Assembly: GCA_963765495.1 (NCBI GenBank)
Contig: CAVXWP010000008.1
Coordinates: 288,001-352,000 of the forward strand
Source of the DNA: Blastocatellia bacterium
GTDB lineage: Bacteria; Acidobacteriota; Blastocatellia; UBA7656
Direction of reading: 5' to 3'
Length of the DNA stretch: 64,000 nt
The stretch's first letter is position 1. Each line of letters opens with the position of its first letter. Both the position numbers and the translations under genes were made by a program. This document shows, in pieces, positions 10,118 to 20,595 of this stretch. The notes beneath the pieces were generated by a model. It did no database searches. It saw nothing but the letters and a program-made list of their open reading frames with translations, and was not told where the DNA came from.

Positions 10118-11833
10118 TCATTCATTCTTCGTCTCGGTCTCTGGCCCGGGTCTGGAAGGGAAGATGTAACTGACAAGGATTCCGACCGCGAGCACGACAG
10201 CAGGCCCCGCGACGTTGTAATAGAGCCACGAGATATCTGTAGATACGCTTATGTAGATCACGGTTGCCATCCCCAGTATGACTCCAAGGAATGCCCCCGT
10301 GGCATTCGCCCTCCGAACGAAGAAGCCAAGAAGGAAAACGCCAAGAATCGGCCCGTAGAAATATGAGCCCACGGTGTTGACTGTCTCGACCAGCGAAGTC
10401 CCGCGCCTCCCCACATACGTAGCCGCGAATGTCGCAAAGACTCCCCAGAAGAGCGTAAACATCTGCCCGGCGCGCAGGTAATGGCGGTCGTTGGCTTCTG
10501 GTTTCAGATAGCGTTTATAGAAGTCGATCATCGAAGCGCTTGAAAGCGCGGCGATTTCGGCTGAGATCGAAGACATCGCCGCCGCGAATATGACGGAGAT
10601 CATCAGCCCCAAGAGTCCAACGGGAACGTAGTTCAAAAGAAAGGTCGGATAGACATAATTGACATCGCTGCTTGGAGTGCCCGTGACGTTGCGGATAAGC
10701 TCCGCGCCCTTTGTGCGAGCGGCTTTGACGAGCTTATTCGTCTCCTGATACTGACTGAGGATAGCGGCTTCGCGGGATTTATCGCCGTTGCGCCGGGCTT
10801 CGAACAATTCATAGGTCAACTGTTTGCGGCGCTCAAAGGCAGCCCCGAAATCCTGTTCGGTCTGACGGAACTGGTCGCCTGCGGGGCTGGCCTCTATTTG
10901 ACTTACCTCTGCCGGGTTGAAGTAAACGGGCGGCTTTTCAAACTGGTAAAAGATCAACAGAAAGACGCCTGTTGCGAGGATAAGGAATTGCATAGGGACT
11001 TTCAACAATCCGGTCATAATCAGCGACATCCGGCTCTCTTTTAACGACCGGGCGGTTATATAACGCTGCACCTGGCTCTGGTCCGCACCAAAATACGAAA
11101 GCATGAGAAAGAAGCCGCCAAGCAATCCCGAAAGCAATGTGTATTTGTCTTCGAGATCGACCGACAGGTTGACCGCGTTCCAGTGATTTGTAAGTCCGCC
11201 CAGATAGACCGCGTCAGAAAGACTGACATCCGAAGGTATTCTTGAAATGACCAGATAAAGCCCCGCAAAAAGGCCCAAAAACATCAACATCATTTGCAGA
11301 GTGTCGGTCCAGACCACGGCCCGCACGCCTCCGATTGTCGTATAGAGGAGCGTGGTCAGCCCCATCAAAAAGATCGTAGACCGTTCATCCCATCCGAGTA
11401 TCGCAGAGAGCACGACCGATGGCGCGTAGAGTATTATGCCTACGCTGAGTCCGCGCGAGCATTGGAAGAGAAAGCTTGTCAGCGATCTGGTCTTTGCGTC
11501 GAATCTCCTTTCAAGATATTCGTAGGCCGTGTAGACCCTCGCCTTATAAAAGAAGGGGACGAAGCTGACGCAAAGAATCACAACGACGATAGGCAGAGGC
11601 AGATAGATTTGAATAAAACGCATCCCGTCGTTAAAGGCCTGCCCGGTAGTGCCGATGTATGTGATGGCGCTTGCCTGTGTGGCCATCACAGAGAGCCCTA
11701 CGGCCCACCACGGAATCGAGCGATTCCCGAGAAAGTAGGCGTCAATGTCATTGCTCTTGCGGCTCTTGTAAAGCCCCAGCGTTATGGTGCCTCCGAGGTA
11801 GAGGACAAAGATTATCCAATCGATTATTTGCAT
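10118..11833 (-). CDS. Sodium:solute symporter (SSS family)
   Basis: YFLGNRSIPWWAVGLS, AYEYLERRF, GGVRAVVWTD, DQSQVQRY and FAAAMSS; many TM helices. Confidence 0.95.
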   Translation of the reverse strand: MQIIDWIIFVLYLGGTITLGLYKSRKSNDIDAYFLGNRSIPWWAVGLSVMATQASAITYIGTTGQAFNDGMRFIQIYLPLPIVVVILCVSFVPFFYKARVYTAYEYLERRFDAKTRSLTSFLFQCSRGLSVGIILYAPSVVLSAILGWDERSTIFLMGLTTLLYTTIGGVRAVVWTDTLQMMLMFLGLFAGLYLVISRIPSDVSLSDAVYLGGLTNHWNAVNLSVDLEDKYTLLSGLLGGFFLMLSYFGADQSQVQRYITARSLKESRMSLIMTGLLKVPMQFLILATGVFLLIFYQFEKPPVYFNPAEVSQIEASPAGDQFRQTEQDFGAAFERRKQLTYELFEARRNGDKSREAAILSQYQETNKLVKAARTKGAELIRNVTGTPSSDVNYVYPTFLLNYVPVGLLGLMISVIFAAAMSSISAEIAALSSASMIDFYKRYLKPEANDRHYLRAGQMFTLFWGVFATFAATYVGRRGTSLVETVNTVGSYFYGPILGVFLLGFFVRRANATGAFLGVILGMATVIYISVSTDISWLYYNVAGPAVVLAVGILVSYIFPSRPGPETETKNE

Positions 11834-11976
11834 CAGGAATGATTGAAAGCGAGTGTGAACAGATAAAGCAGAAGGATTTGAAGCGCGGCATAGATCAGAA
11901 CAAAGATATATAATCCCTTCCAGCCGCCCCGGAACCTGATCGGCTCGTCGATCTTGTCTTCAAACAATTCGGGCAT
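11833..11976 (-). CDS. 47-aa single-TM protein translationally coupled to the SSS transporter
   Basis: Strong RBS (AGGAGGTGA) before the ATG at 11976; WKGLYIFVLIYAALQILLLYLFT; its stop overlaps the SSS start (TGATG). Confidence 0.75.
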   Translation of the reverse strand: MPELFEDKIDEPIRFRGGWKGLYIFVLIYAALQILLLYLFTLAFNHS

Positions 11977-12184
11977 TCTCACCTCCTGAAAAATAGCCTG
12001 CCTTTTGGGTGCGTTTATTCTATTGGTCAGACCTGTCACAAGTCAACGCGGGCGAGTTCGGCGCTCAAACGGCTTTGTGGAACAACAATGATTGTTATAA
12101 TCGTTATTGGTTACAGCCTTGCGCTTCACCAAAACTGAACTTTGAGGAGTTAATGATCCTCGATTCCAGACAGGGAGGCCGAAA

Positions 12185-14884
12185 GTGTCTATGAATCGCG
12201 CGATAAGAAAAATCTTCACCCTCGCATTAATCTCAATCGTATCAATAAACCTCTCGCTCGTTTCGCTTGCCGCTCAGTCAGAGACTCTGACCGCACAGCT
12301 TGCGGACGGGCTAACCAGTTATGTCGCACGCCAGGCCAATCCCGGCGAACACGGCGCGGCCGGTTTGGGGGAGGCGATAAAGAGGCTGGGAGTAGTGGCA
12401 AGCGTGCTTCACACGGGCGCGCACCCTGATGATGAGGACAGCGGATTGCTCGCCTATCTTGCGCGAGGCAGGCAGGTGCGCACCGCATACCTTTCGCTTA
12501 CGCGGGGCGATGGGGGCCAGAACCTTATAGGTCCCGAGCTTGGCGAGGCGCTGGGCGTGATTCGCACCGAAGAGCTTCTTGCGGCTCGCAGACTTGACGG
12601 TGCTACACAGTTTTTTACAAGAGCCTATGATTTTGGATTCAGCAAATCGCGGGACGAGGCGCTTTCGAAATGGGACCGCGACAAAGTGCTCGGCGACATG
12701 GTGAAGGTGATACGTTATTTCCGCCCGTTTGTCATCGTGTCATCCTGGTCAGGGACACCACGTGACGGCCACGGCCATCATCAGGCGGCGGGATTTCTGA
12801 CAAGAGAGGCCTATACGGCAGCCGCCGACCCTTCGCGTTATCCCGAACAGATAAGGGCCGGGCTGCAACCCTGGAAGGCGAAGAAGTTTTATATAAGGGT
12901 TCCGGGCCGAGCCGAGATGGGCGAAAAACAAGAGAATGACCCGGTTACGGTGTCTATAAACACCGGCCAGTTCGATCCGCTTCTTGGCCGCAGCTATTAC
13001 GAAATCGCGATGCAGGGCCGCAGTCAGCATCGCTCGCAGGATATGGGAACGATTCAGCGGCGAGGGCCGCAATATTCAAGGCTAAAACTCGTTGACGGGG
13101 GCGCGGGCACCGAGTCGAAAGAAGACGACATCTTCGCAGGCATTGACACGACAATCACGGGGATCGCCGATTACGCGGGCAAGCCGGGCGAGAGGTTGCG
13201 CCCCCTGCTATCCGAAGCTCAAAAGGCCGCCGAGAGGGCGCAGAAAGAGTATAGACCTTTCTCACCTTCGACGCTCAGCGCAACTATTGCGCAGGGGCTT
13301 GGAAAGATTCGAGAAGCGCGAGCCCTCCTTGCCTCCCTCAAGCCCGATGCGGCGGCGATGGCAGAAACCGACTTTCTGCTGATGCAGAAGGAACAGGATT
13401 TCGAAGACGCGCTGCTTAAGGCCGAAGACGTGGTAGTAGATTGCCTCGCAGATGATGAGGTCGTAACTCCGGGCCAGTCAGTTGCCTTACATGTTTCGAG
13501 CTATGCGGCTCTGAAGCCCACTGCGGTTTCGATTCACCTGTTGCCGGGAATATCGGCAAAGGAAGGCAAGCAGACTACGACAGAGGCCGAGAACCAGATC
13601 ATCTCGCAAACCGATTATGAGATCGCGGTCAACTCGGATGCAGGTTTTACCGAGCCTTACTGGCTGAAGAACAAGCGACAGGGGGATATGTTTTCAACCG
13701 ATGAAGGAATGGGAGGAATTGAGCCGTACTGGCCGGTCCCGGTCGGCGCGATTGTGACTTACGAAATCGAAGGGCAGAAGGCGGCAATCTTCCAACCGGC
13801 CCAGTATCGTTACGCTGACAAGGCGCAGGGTGAGATAAGGCACAATATAAAAATCGCGCCCGCCGTATCAGTAGCCTTATCACCGGGGATAATAATCAGC
13901 CCCATCTCTTCCAATGCAACCGAACGAGAAGTGACGGTATTTTTGACTAATAACGAAAAGGGCGGGGCAAACGGTTCTCTATCGCTCAACCTTCCACCCT
14001 CGTGGAAAGCGGCACCCGAGCAAATCGGATTCGATCTAAAACGAGAGGATGAAAGAGCAAGCTTTACATTCAAGATACAGGTTCCGGCAGGCGCTGTCGC
14101 GGGCGAATATAAAGTGCAGGCGATTGCCACGCTGGGCGGCAGGCGCTACAGCGAAGGATACGAGGTGGCCGCATATTCACACATCGAGCCGCGATTCATT
14201 TATAAAGACTCCGCAGCCACGGCGGAAGTCATAGATGTAAAGGTCGCGCCCGGCATCAAGGTAGGCTATATCGAAGGCGCGGGTGATGATTTTGCGGGGG
14301 CCCTGAAACGCCTCGGCGTAAACGTAGAATCACTTGCCGAACGTGATCTTGCTTCGGGAGATCTCTCCCGATTCGATTGCATAGTTACGGGCATTCGGGC
14401 CTATGAGGTCAGGCCCGATCTGATAGCCAACAACCAGCGATTACTCGACTATGTAAAGCAAGGCGGCACAATGATCGTGCAGTATAACAAATGGGAATAC
14501 GCGAGAGGGAATTTCGCGCCTTTTCCCCTAGAGATGGCGCAATCTCCTGACCGTGTGACCGATGAGCTTGCCGATGTCTCGATTCTCGCGCCCGACCATC
14601 CGCGCTTCAATTTCCCGAATAGGATAACCGCCAGAGATTTTGACGGCTGGGTTCAGGAGCGAGGGGCGTACTTTATGAGGAAGTGGGATTCGCATTATAA
14701 ACCGCTTATGTCGAGCCACGACGCGGGCGAAGAAGGCGAGGAAGGCGGGGAATTGATAGCCGAGTACGGAAAGGGGCTTTATGTTTACACAGCGTACGGA
14801 TGGTTTCGCCAGTTGCCCGCAGGCGTTCCGGGCGCGTACAGGTTGATTGCAAATCTGGTGAGTCTATCGAAGGCGAAGCGTTAA
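12185..14884 (+). CDS. Exported PIG-L/LmbE-family deacetylase with NEW3/Ig-like and C-terminal GATase-like domains
   Basis: Signal peptide; AHPDDE, TRGDGGQN, RTEEL, DFGFSK and GHGHH; C-terminal WFRQLPAGVPGAYRL. Confidence 0.9.
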   Translation: MSMNRAIRKIFTLALISIVSINLSLVSLAAQSETLTAQLADGLTSYVARQANPGEHGAAGLGEAIKRLGVVASVLHTGAHPDDEDSGLLAYLARGRQVRTAYLSLTRGDGGQNLIGPELGEALGVIRTEELLAARRLDGATQFFTRAYDFGFSKSRDEALSKWDRDKVLGDMVKVIRYFRPFVIVSSWSGTPRDGHGHHQAAGFLTREAYTAAADPSRYPEQIRAGLQPWKAKKFYIRVPGRAEMGEKQENDPVTVSINTGQFDPLLGRSYYEIAMQGRSQHRSQDMGTIQRRGPQYSRLKLVDGGAGTESKEDDIFAGIDTTITGIADYAGKPGERLRPLLSEAQKAAERAQKEYRPFSPSTLSATIAQGLGKIREARALLASLKPDAAAMAETDFLLMQKEQDFEDALLKAEDVVVDCLADDEVVTPGQSVALHVSSYAALKPTAVSIHLLPGISAKEGKQTTTEAENQIISQTDYEIAVNSDAGFTEPYWLKNKRQGDMFSTDEGMGGIEPYWPVPVGAIVTYEIEGQKAAIFQPAQYRYADKAQGEIRHNIKIAPAVSVALSPGIIISPISSNATEREVTVFLTNNEKGGANGSLSLNLPPSWKAAPEQIGFDLKREDERASFTFKIQVPAGAVAGEYKVQAIATLGGRRYSEGYEVAAYSHIEPRFIYKDSAATAEVIDVKVAPGIKVGYIEGAGDDFAGALKRLGVNVESLAERDLASGDLSRFDCIVTGIRAYEVRPDLIANNQRLLDYVKQGGTMIVQYNKWEYARGNFAPFPLEMAQSPDRVTDELADVSILAPDHPRFNFPNRITARDFDGWVQERGAYFMRKWDSHYKPLMSSHDAGEEGEEGGELIAEYGKGLYVYTAYGWFRQLPAGVPGAYRLIANLVSLSKAKR

Positions 14885-14886
14885 TA

Positions 14887-14920
14887 TGATCCGGGTCATC
14901 AACGTTGACGACCCGGATCA
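14887..14920. terminator. Bidirectional terminator-like palindrome between convergent genes
   Basis: tgatccgggtcatcaacgttgacgacccggatca, a near-perfect palindrome. Confidence 0.7.
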
Positions 14921-14925
14921 CAAAA

Positions 14926-16260
14926 TCAGTGTGAGTTTGTCGCGCTCTTGATAGTAGACCTCAATTGATTCTCAGCCTCTTCGACAGCGCGGTCGTGCTG
15001 ATGCCGCAAATCCGAAAGGGTAAGCGCGACGGGGCCATCCGGTATAACCCCCGCTCCTTCCAGCTTCTTGCCGCCGGGCGAAATATATCCGAGTTCGCTT
15101 ATGGCAAGCTCGCCGCCGCCTTTTACCTTTCTGTATTTCGCTATGCCGAGAAGGCATCCACAACTCTGGCGGCCTATGATCAAGGCTCGCCCGCCTTCCT
15201 GCATCACGCCCGAAAACATCTCGGAGCCGCTGCCCGATCCTTCGTTTATCAACACAGCCACCGAACCTTTATAAATATCATCTTCGTCGTGGCCCGTGTA
15301 GAGATCCAGCAACTTACCCGCTCGAGTGTAGAATCTGCCGAATGGAGTCTTTTCAGGCAGGAAGTAGCCTGCTATCTTGAGGACTTCGTTAACCTCGCCG
15401 CCGGGATTGCCGCGCAAATCGAGTATGATGCCGGGAGTGTCCTTTAACTGCTGGATCGCGTTTTTAAATTCTTTATGAATAGGTGATTTCCAAAGCGTAA
15501 GCCTTATGTATCCGTACCCTGATTCCAGCCGCTTATAAAAGACTCGGGGCTGGTCGGAAACTGTGCGCCTCATGATTTCGACTTCAAATTCGCTCCCATC
15601 CGCTCGCGCCAATCCGACGCGAAATGTAGTGCCCGGCTCTCCGTCAATGATCTTTCTGTAGAGCCTCAGTTTTACGGCTCGCTCCGATGAAGAATCTCCG
15701 ATCTGGGTCTGTGCCTCCCTCAGACGCTCGCCTATTGGTTTCCCGTCGATGGTGCGAACGACCATTCCAATCTCTATCCCCGATGTCGAGGCATCCGAAG
15801 CCGGATCGATGCCTATGATTACATTCTGGCCCTCTACATTTCCGATGGAAATGCCCGTGCTTACGGTTTGCAGTCGCTCTCGTTCCTTTCGCTCACGAGG
15901 AGTATGGAAACGCGTATGCGCGTCGTGAAGCTCGCCGACCATCTTCTTTAGAAGCGAATAGAACTGCTCTTCATCTCCGGCCTTTTCAAGCATCGGCTGA
16001 TATCGGTCGCGGACTCCTCGCCAGTCTATGCCGTTAAAGGAAGTGTCGTAATACCTGTCATTGACCAGTTGCCAGACTTCCTCAAACAGGTCAATCCGAT
16101 CCTTTCGAGAAAGCGTCTCGGAACCTGTGCCTGTTTCAGTGTGGGCGGGCGCGAGCCGGGGCGAACTCGTCGCTCCATTTGTGGTGGAAGAGGCGAGCAA
16201 TATTACTAAAACGAAGAGCGACGCGAGCCGCCTGAACCAGTATTTTGTCGAGTTCAACAC
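14926..16260 (-). CDS. S41-family (C-terminal processing) peptidase with a PDZ domain
   Basis: LHDAHTRF, PDZ segment, GYIRL, ILDLRGNPGG, SGSGSE and LEGAGVIPD. Start placed at the GTG at 16260 after AGGAGA (uncertain). Confidence 0.9.
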   Translation of the reverse strand: MLNSTKYWFRRLASLFVLVILLASSTTNGATSSPRLAPAHTETGTGSETLSRKDRIDLFEEVWQLVNDRYYDTSFNGIDWRGVRDRYQPMLEKAGDEEQFYSLLKKMVGELHDAHTRFHTPRERKERERLQTVSTGISIGNVEGQNVIIGIDPASDASTSGIEIGMVVRTIDGKPIGERLREAQTQIGDSSSERAVKLRLYRKIIDGEPGTTFRVGLARADGSEFEVEIMRRTVSDQPRVFYKRLESGYGYIRLTLWKSPIHKEFKNAIQQLKDTPGIILDLRGNPGGEVNEVLKIAGYFLPEKTPFGRFYTRAGKLLDLYTGHDEDDIYKGSVAVLINEGSGSGSEMFSGVMQEGGRALIIGRQSCGCLLGIAKYRKVKGGGELAISELGYISPGGKKLEGAGVIPDGPVALTLSDLRHQHDRAVEEAENQLRSTIKSATNSH

Positions 16261-16631
16261 CTTTGGATTCTCCTGATTCTTATTCGCCGGACTTTTTGCG
16301 GGGGCCGTCTGCTGAAGCGGCCCCTTTCCACTATAGCAAATGGCAAACGGTGTTTTCCATTTCAACTTGTCTTAAACCCGTGACAGATTATCTAAATCGG
16401 GATGTCCAAGATTGGTGGAAACGAAATCTCAAAGTAAGGTATGTTGAAATAGACCACGGATGACACAGTGGCCTATTCCCATCTTCCTAATCTACATCCT
16501 GAAAACTGAACGGCGCTGTTCGTTCACGCATGGGCGGGGTCGAAAGGCCGGTGGCGGTTGACTCGGCGTCGTCTGCATTGATAAGTTGTTTAGTCGCTCT
16601 GAGAGCGAATTTTTATCGAAAGGAACACAAT

Positions 16632-18179
16632 ATGCTGCCTCCCTTTAAGAACGAGCCGTTGACCGATTTCACCGATGAGCGCAATGCGGCCGAGTTGCGC
16701 GAAGCACTCTCGAATGTTGAATCCCGTTTTGGTCAGGAGTACCCGATTATCATCGGTGGAAAGCGGTACACAACCGGCGATTTTCTAAACTCACCAAACC
16801 CGTCCAATCACAAGGAGGTTGTCGGCCTCGTCCACAAGGCGACGACCGAGCTTGCCGACAAGGCGCTCGATGAAGCCACAAAGGCTTTTCAGGATTGGAA
16901 GCGGGTTCAGCCCGAAGTGCGCGCGCGGTATCTGCTGAAAGTAGCGGCGTTGCTCAGAAAGCGGAAGGCTGAATTTTCCGCTCTGATGGTTCTCGAAGTC
17001 GGAAAGTCCTGGGCAGAGGCCGATGCCGATGTCGCCGAAGCGATTGACTTTGCCGATTTCTATGCGCGAGAGATGATCAGGTACAGCCACGAGCACCCCC
17101 TGACGCCGTTTCCCGGCGAACAGAACGAACTCTACTATATCCCGCTCGGTGTCGGTCTCGTCATACCGCCGTGGAACTTCCCGCTTGCGATCATGGCGGG
17201 GATGACTCTGGCTTCGGTAGTTACGGGAAATACCGTAGTCCTGAAGCCTTCGAGCGACAGCCCTGTAATCGCCGCCAGATTTGTCGAGTTGCTTGAAGAG
17301 GCCTCGCTGCCGCCCGGCGTTGTAAATTTCGTCCCCGGCAGCGGCAGCCGCATCGGCGATTATCTGGTCGGAAATCCCCGCACACGATTTATCGCCTTCA
17401 CAGGCTCGCGAGAGGTCGGGCTGCATATCAACGAACTCGCGGCCAAGACCGCCGAAGGCCAACTTTGGATAAAGCGGGTCGTAGCCGAGATGGGTGGGAA
17501 AGATACCATTATCGTAGATGAGACCGCCAATCTGGATGAAGCTGTTGACGGAGCAGTGGCATCCGCCTTTGGTTTCTCAGGCCAGAAATGCTCGGCCTGT
17601 TCGCGGATGGTGGTTGTTGAGGATGTCTATGACGAGGTCGTAAACCGGGTGGCCGAGCGAGCGTCAAAGATAAAGGTAGGCCCGACAAAAGAGCAGGAAA
17701 ACTGGATGGGGCCGGTTTCAAGCAAGAGCGCCTATGAATCAATAATGAATTACATCGAGGTCGGGAAAGGCGAAGGCGAGGTGCTGGCAGGCGGCGGCCC
17801 GCTTGATGATAAAGGTTGGTTTATAAAGCCTACGGTCATCGGCGGGGTTGACCCGATGGCTCGAATCTCGCAGGAAGAGATTTTCGGCCCGGTGCTTGCC
17901 ACGTTCCGCGCAAAGGACTTTGAATCGGCTCTTGAAATAGCCAACAATACCCAGTTTGGTTTGACCGGCGCGCTCTATTCAAGGGAACGCGAGCGATTGG
18001 AACGCGCACGCCACGATTTTCACGTAGGCAATCTTTACCTGAACCGCAAATGTACGGGAGCCTATGTTGATGTCCATCCTTTTGGGGGCTTCAACATGTC
18101 GGGGACCGATTCAAAGGCGGGCGGCAGAGATTATCTGCTCCTGTTTATGCAGGCAAAGTCGGTCTCTGAGAAGCTCTGA
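16632..18179 (+). CDS. pruA: L-glutamate gamma-semialdehyde (P5C) dehydrogenase
   Basis: FKNEP start, PPWNFP, FTGSREVG, EMGGKD, FSGQKCSACSR, EEIFGPV and GNLYLNRKCTGA. Confidence 0.92.
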   Translation: MLPPFKNEPLTDFTDERNAAELREALSNVESRFGQEYPIIIGGKRYTTGDFLNSPNPSNHKEVVGLVHKATTELADKALDEATKAFQDWKRVQPEVRARYLLKVAALLRKRKAEFSALMVLEVGKSWAEADADVAEAIDFADFYAREMIRYSHEHPLTPFPGEQNELYYIPLGVGLVIPPWNFPLAIMAGMTLASVVTGNTVVLKPSSDSPVIAARFVELLEEASLPPGVVNFVPGSGSRIGDYLVGNPRTRFIAFTGSREVGLHINELAAKTAEGQLWIKRVVAEMGGKDTIIVDETANLDEAVDGAVASAFGFSGQKCSACSRMVVVEDVYDEVVNRVAERASKIKVGPTKEQENWMGPVSSKSAYESIMNYIEVGKGEGEVLAGGGPLDDKGWFIKPTVIGGVDPMARISQEEIFGPVLATFRAKDFESALEIANNTQFGLTGALYSRERERLERARHDFHVGNLYLNRKCTGAYVDVHPFGGFNMSGTDSKAGGRDYLLLFMQAKSVSEKL

Positions 18180-18191
18180 TCGGAGAAATTG

Positions 18192-18256
18192 GCCGCAGAG
18201 ACACAAAGACACAGAGTCTTTATATGCTTTTTTCTGTGTCTCAGTGCCTCCGTGGC
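18192..18256. repeat. CACAGAG/CTCTGTG-type intergenic palindrome, probably also a terminator
   Basis: gccgcagagacacaaagacacagag ... ctgtgtctcagtgcctccgtggc. Confidence 0.6.
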
Positions 18257-18327
18257 TTTCTCAGATTTTTGCCATATTTGTTAGGGGTTGACCGGATTTC
18301 CAAAAGGCAGCTATCTTTATTCTCAAT

Positions 18328-20139
18328 ATGTTCAAATCAGTAGTATCTTTGCTTCTCAGTCTATCATTTGCGACTTTCGCCTCTGGCCAACAGGCAGAGC
18401 AGGGGAAAGAGCAAACGTTACCAAATCCATCGATTCAAACCGGTCGGGGATTTGTATCCCCCTCTGAACTAAATGTCCGATTAGACCCGGATGTGCGGAC
18501 CTTCGTCGTTATGGCGGCTGTAAACATTGCGGGTTTCGATACGGAGCCGGGGGGGCTGGCGCTTACTCCCGCGCGGGCAGAATTGAGAAAGGACCTGGCA
18601 AGTCTTGACCCGGCAATCAAACAGAAGCTTGCCGCATTCTATCAGTCGCACAGACGCCCCGAATTCGATGAGGTTATAGACGCGGGGCGATATTCGGCTT
18701 TAAGCCTGTTGATGACTCAGCCGCCTGCCTTTACTATCACGGACAGCGTAGCCGCCTCCGCGCCTCCAGATTTAAAACCGCTTATAGATTTCGTCCCGCT
18801 CGTGAGAGAGTTTTATCTCAAGGGCGGGCTTCGAGAGCTTGCGCCGAAATATTTGGGCATAGGGACTGAATACGCTACAGCGTACCGCAGACCGGTAGGC
18901 GAGCTTATTTACCAGGCGCTAAATTATTTCCATACGGTACCGGACACGATCATAAATATGCGGCCTTTCCTCGTAAGACCCGATACCGCGACTTCAAAGA
19001 AGTCCAAGCCGAAACCAAAGGCTATAGAGCGTTCGCGCACCCGTCAGGTCTTTATCATTCCTGACCCGCTTGCGGGCGTTGATACGTCTTTCGTGCGAGG
19101 CGACCTGCTAAATCAAAAGGATGACATCCTCGTGCGGCGGACGGGTGACGACTATATCATCCTTATAGGCCCTTCGCGCACACCGAATATGGATGGCATC
19201 CGGCAGGCGATGATTCGATTTGTCATAGATCCGCTTGTCGAGCGGCATTTGAAGACCTCGCTCGAATATAAGGATCAGATAAGCGCGCTTGTCGGTAAGA
19301 TACCAACCGCTCAAAAGGAATATGAAGCAAGCGTCTATCTTGTTGTGCGGGAATCGCTCGCGCAGGCGTCCGAGGCCCGGATGCGCCGTATCCTTGCATC
19401 AGAGAATAAAGCCTCATATACCGAAGAGGATGCCGTCTTCGATCTGGCGCAGGCATATTTGCGTGGCGCAGCGCTGGTCTTTCACTTTTACGAATCCTTA
19501 CAGGGGCTCGAACAGGTAGGTATAAACATCGAAGACTTTTTCGATGAGATGATGAAGGGCATAAAGTTTGATCGCGAGGCTACGAGACCCAGAGATTTTG
19601 AGCCTGTCGTGGCTCGGGTGACAGCCAGCCGCGCCGCAGCCGGTCCGAAATCATCGAGCAATGCCACCAGCGCCGCAGAGCCGGGCGCGAGTACGGTCGC
19701 GGCTAAAATCCTGCTTTCGGATGATCTGATACGCAACCGGCGATTTGAAGAAGCAAGGCCGGTGCTTGAAGAAGTGCTTGTGAGCGACCCGGGGAATGCC
19801 AGAGCATTATACGGGTTGGCGCAAATAATCAGTCAAACCCCGAGCCGTGCCGAAGCCGATCCAAAAGCCGACGAGGACGATAAGATACAGGCGCAGTATG
19901 ACCGTCTGAAGAAGGCGCTCGAGATGTTTGACAAGGTTATAGAGCACGCAAACGGGGATTCGGAGAGATGGCTTGTCCAGTGGAGCCACGTATTAAAGGG
20001 ACGCATTCTGGATTTTCAGGAATTCAGGTCTGATGCCGTCGCCGAGTACTCAAAGGCCCTGGCAATGGGCGATAACATCTCGAACGGGGCCTACAAAGAG
20101 GCGCTTGAAGGGAAAGATCATCCCTACGGGCAAAGGTAA
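18328..20139 (+). CDS. Exported protein with C-terminal TPR repeats
   Basis: Signal peptide; TPR-like segments (FEEARPVLEEVLVSDPGNARALYGLA; WSHVLKGRILD...AVAEYSKAL). Confidence 0.75.
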   Translation: MFKSVVSLLLSLSFATFASGQQAEQGKEQTLPNPSIQTGRGFVSPSELNVRLDPDVRTFVVMAAVNIAGFDTEPGGLALTPARAELRKDLASLDPAIKQKLAAFYQSHRRPEFDEVIDAGRYSALSLLMTQPPAFTITDSVAASAPPDLKPLIDFVPLVREFYLKGGLRELAPKYLGIGTEYATAYRRPVGELIYQALNYFHTVPDTIINMRPFLVRPDTATSKKSKPKPKAIERSRTRQVFIIPDPLAGVDTSFVRGDLLNQKDDILVRRTGDDYIILIGPSRTPNMDGIRQAMIRFVIDPLVERHLKTSLEYKDQISALVGKIPTAQKEYEASVYLVVRESLAQASEARMRRILASENKASYTEEDAVFDLAQAYLRGAALVFHFYESLQGLEQVGINIEDFFDEMMKGIKFDREATRPRDFEPVVARVTASRAAAGPKSSSNATSAAEPGASTVAAKILLSDDLIRNRRFEEARPVLEEVLVSDPGNARALYGLAQIISQTPSRAEADPKADEDDKIQAQYDRLKKALEMFDKVIEHANGDSERWLVQWSHVLKGRILDFQEFRSDAVAEYSKALAMGDNISNGAYKEALEGKDHPYGQR

Positions 20140-20463
20140 ACCGAGCACCCTCGGGCGACCACAGCCATTTAGACCTCTGATTGGTTTTTGTTGAATCTTT
20201 GCGTAGTTTTTGACATTGCATCCTGGCGAGAAATTGTTGGTCGCTAAATTGAAATGCACAAGATTGGTACAAACGAAACTCCAAAGTAGGGTGAGTAGAA
20301 ATAGGCCGCGGATAACGCGGATCGGGCGGATCTACGCGGATTTGTTCAATTCGTCTTGCATTCAATTTAACCTGGCAACCCGCCTGACGCATGTTGCCCG
20401 CAATTCAAAAACTGAATGACCCTGCTGTGCGACATCTTTATTTACATTTACCTGATATAACTC

Positions 20464-20492
20464 TTGACGTATTGAATGAGGCTGAGTATGAT
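20464..20492 (+). promoter_or_regulatory. Sigma70-type promoter
   Basis: TTGACG-N17-TATGAT upstream of the ORF at 20596. Confidence 0.65.
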
Positions 20493-20595
20493 CGTCGCCA
20501 TAAGAGAGCTGGATGAACAGCCGGGCTGTTGTTCCACCCCAAGTAAACTATAATCAAACCTCACCTGATCTTTCATAACCAAGAGGTGAAAATTA

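Noticed and set aside
20140-20460. Small ORFs or a riboswitch in the intergenic region after the TPR gene
   Set aside because: The ORFs lack an RBS or motifs and I recognised no known riboswitch consensus; only a CGCGGAT repeat remnant is visible.
20436-20466. Possible dif site (atttacattta-cctgat-ataact)
   Set aside because: Only loose similarity to the XerD arm and no convincing XerC arm; it overlaps an AT-rich promoter upstream element.
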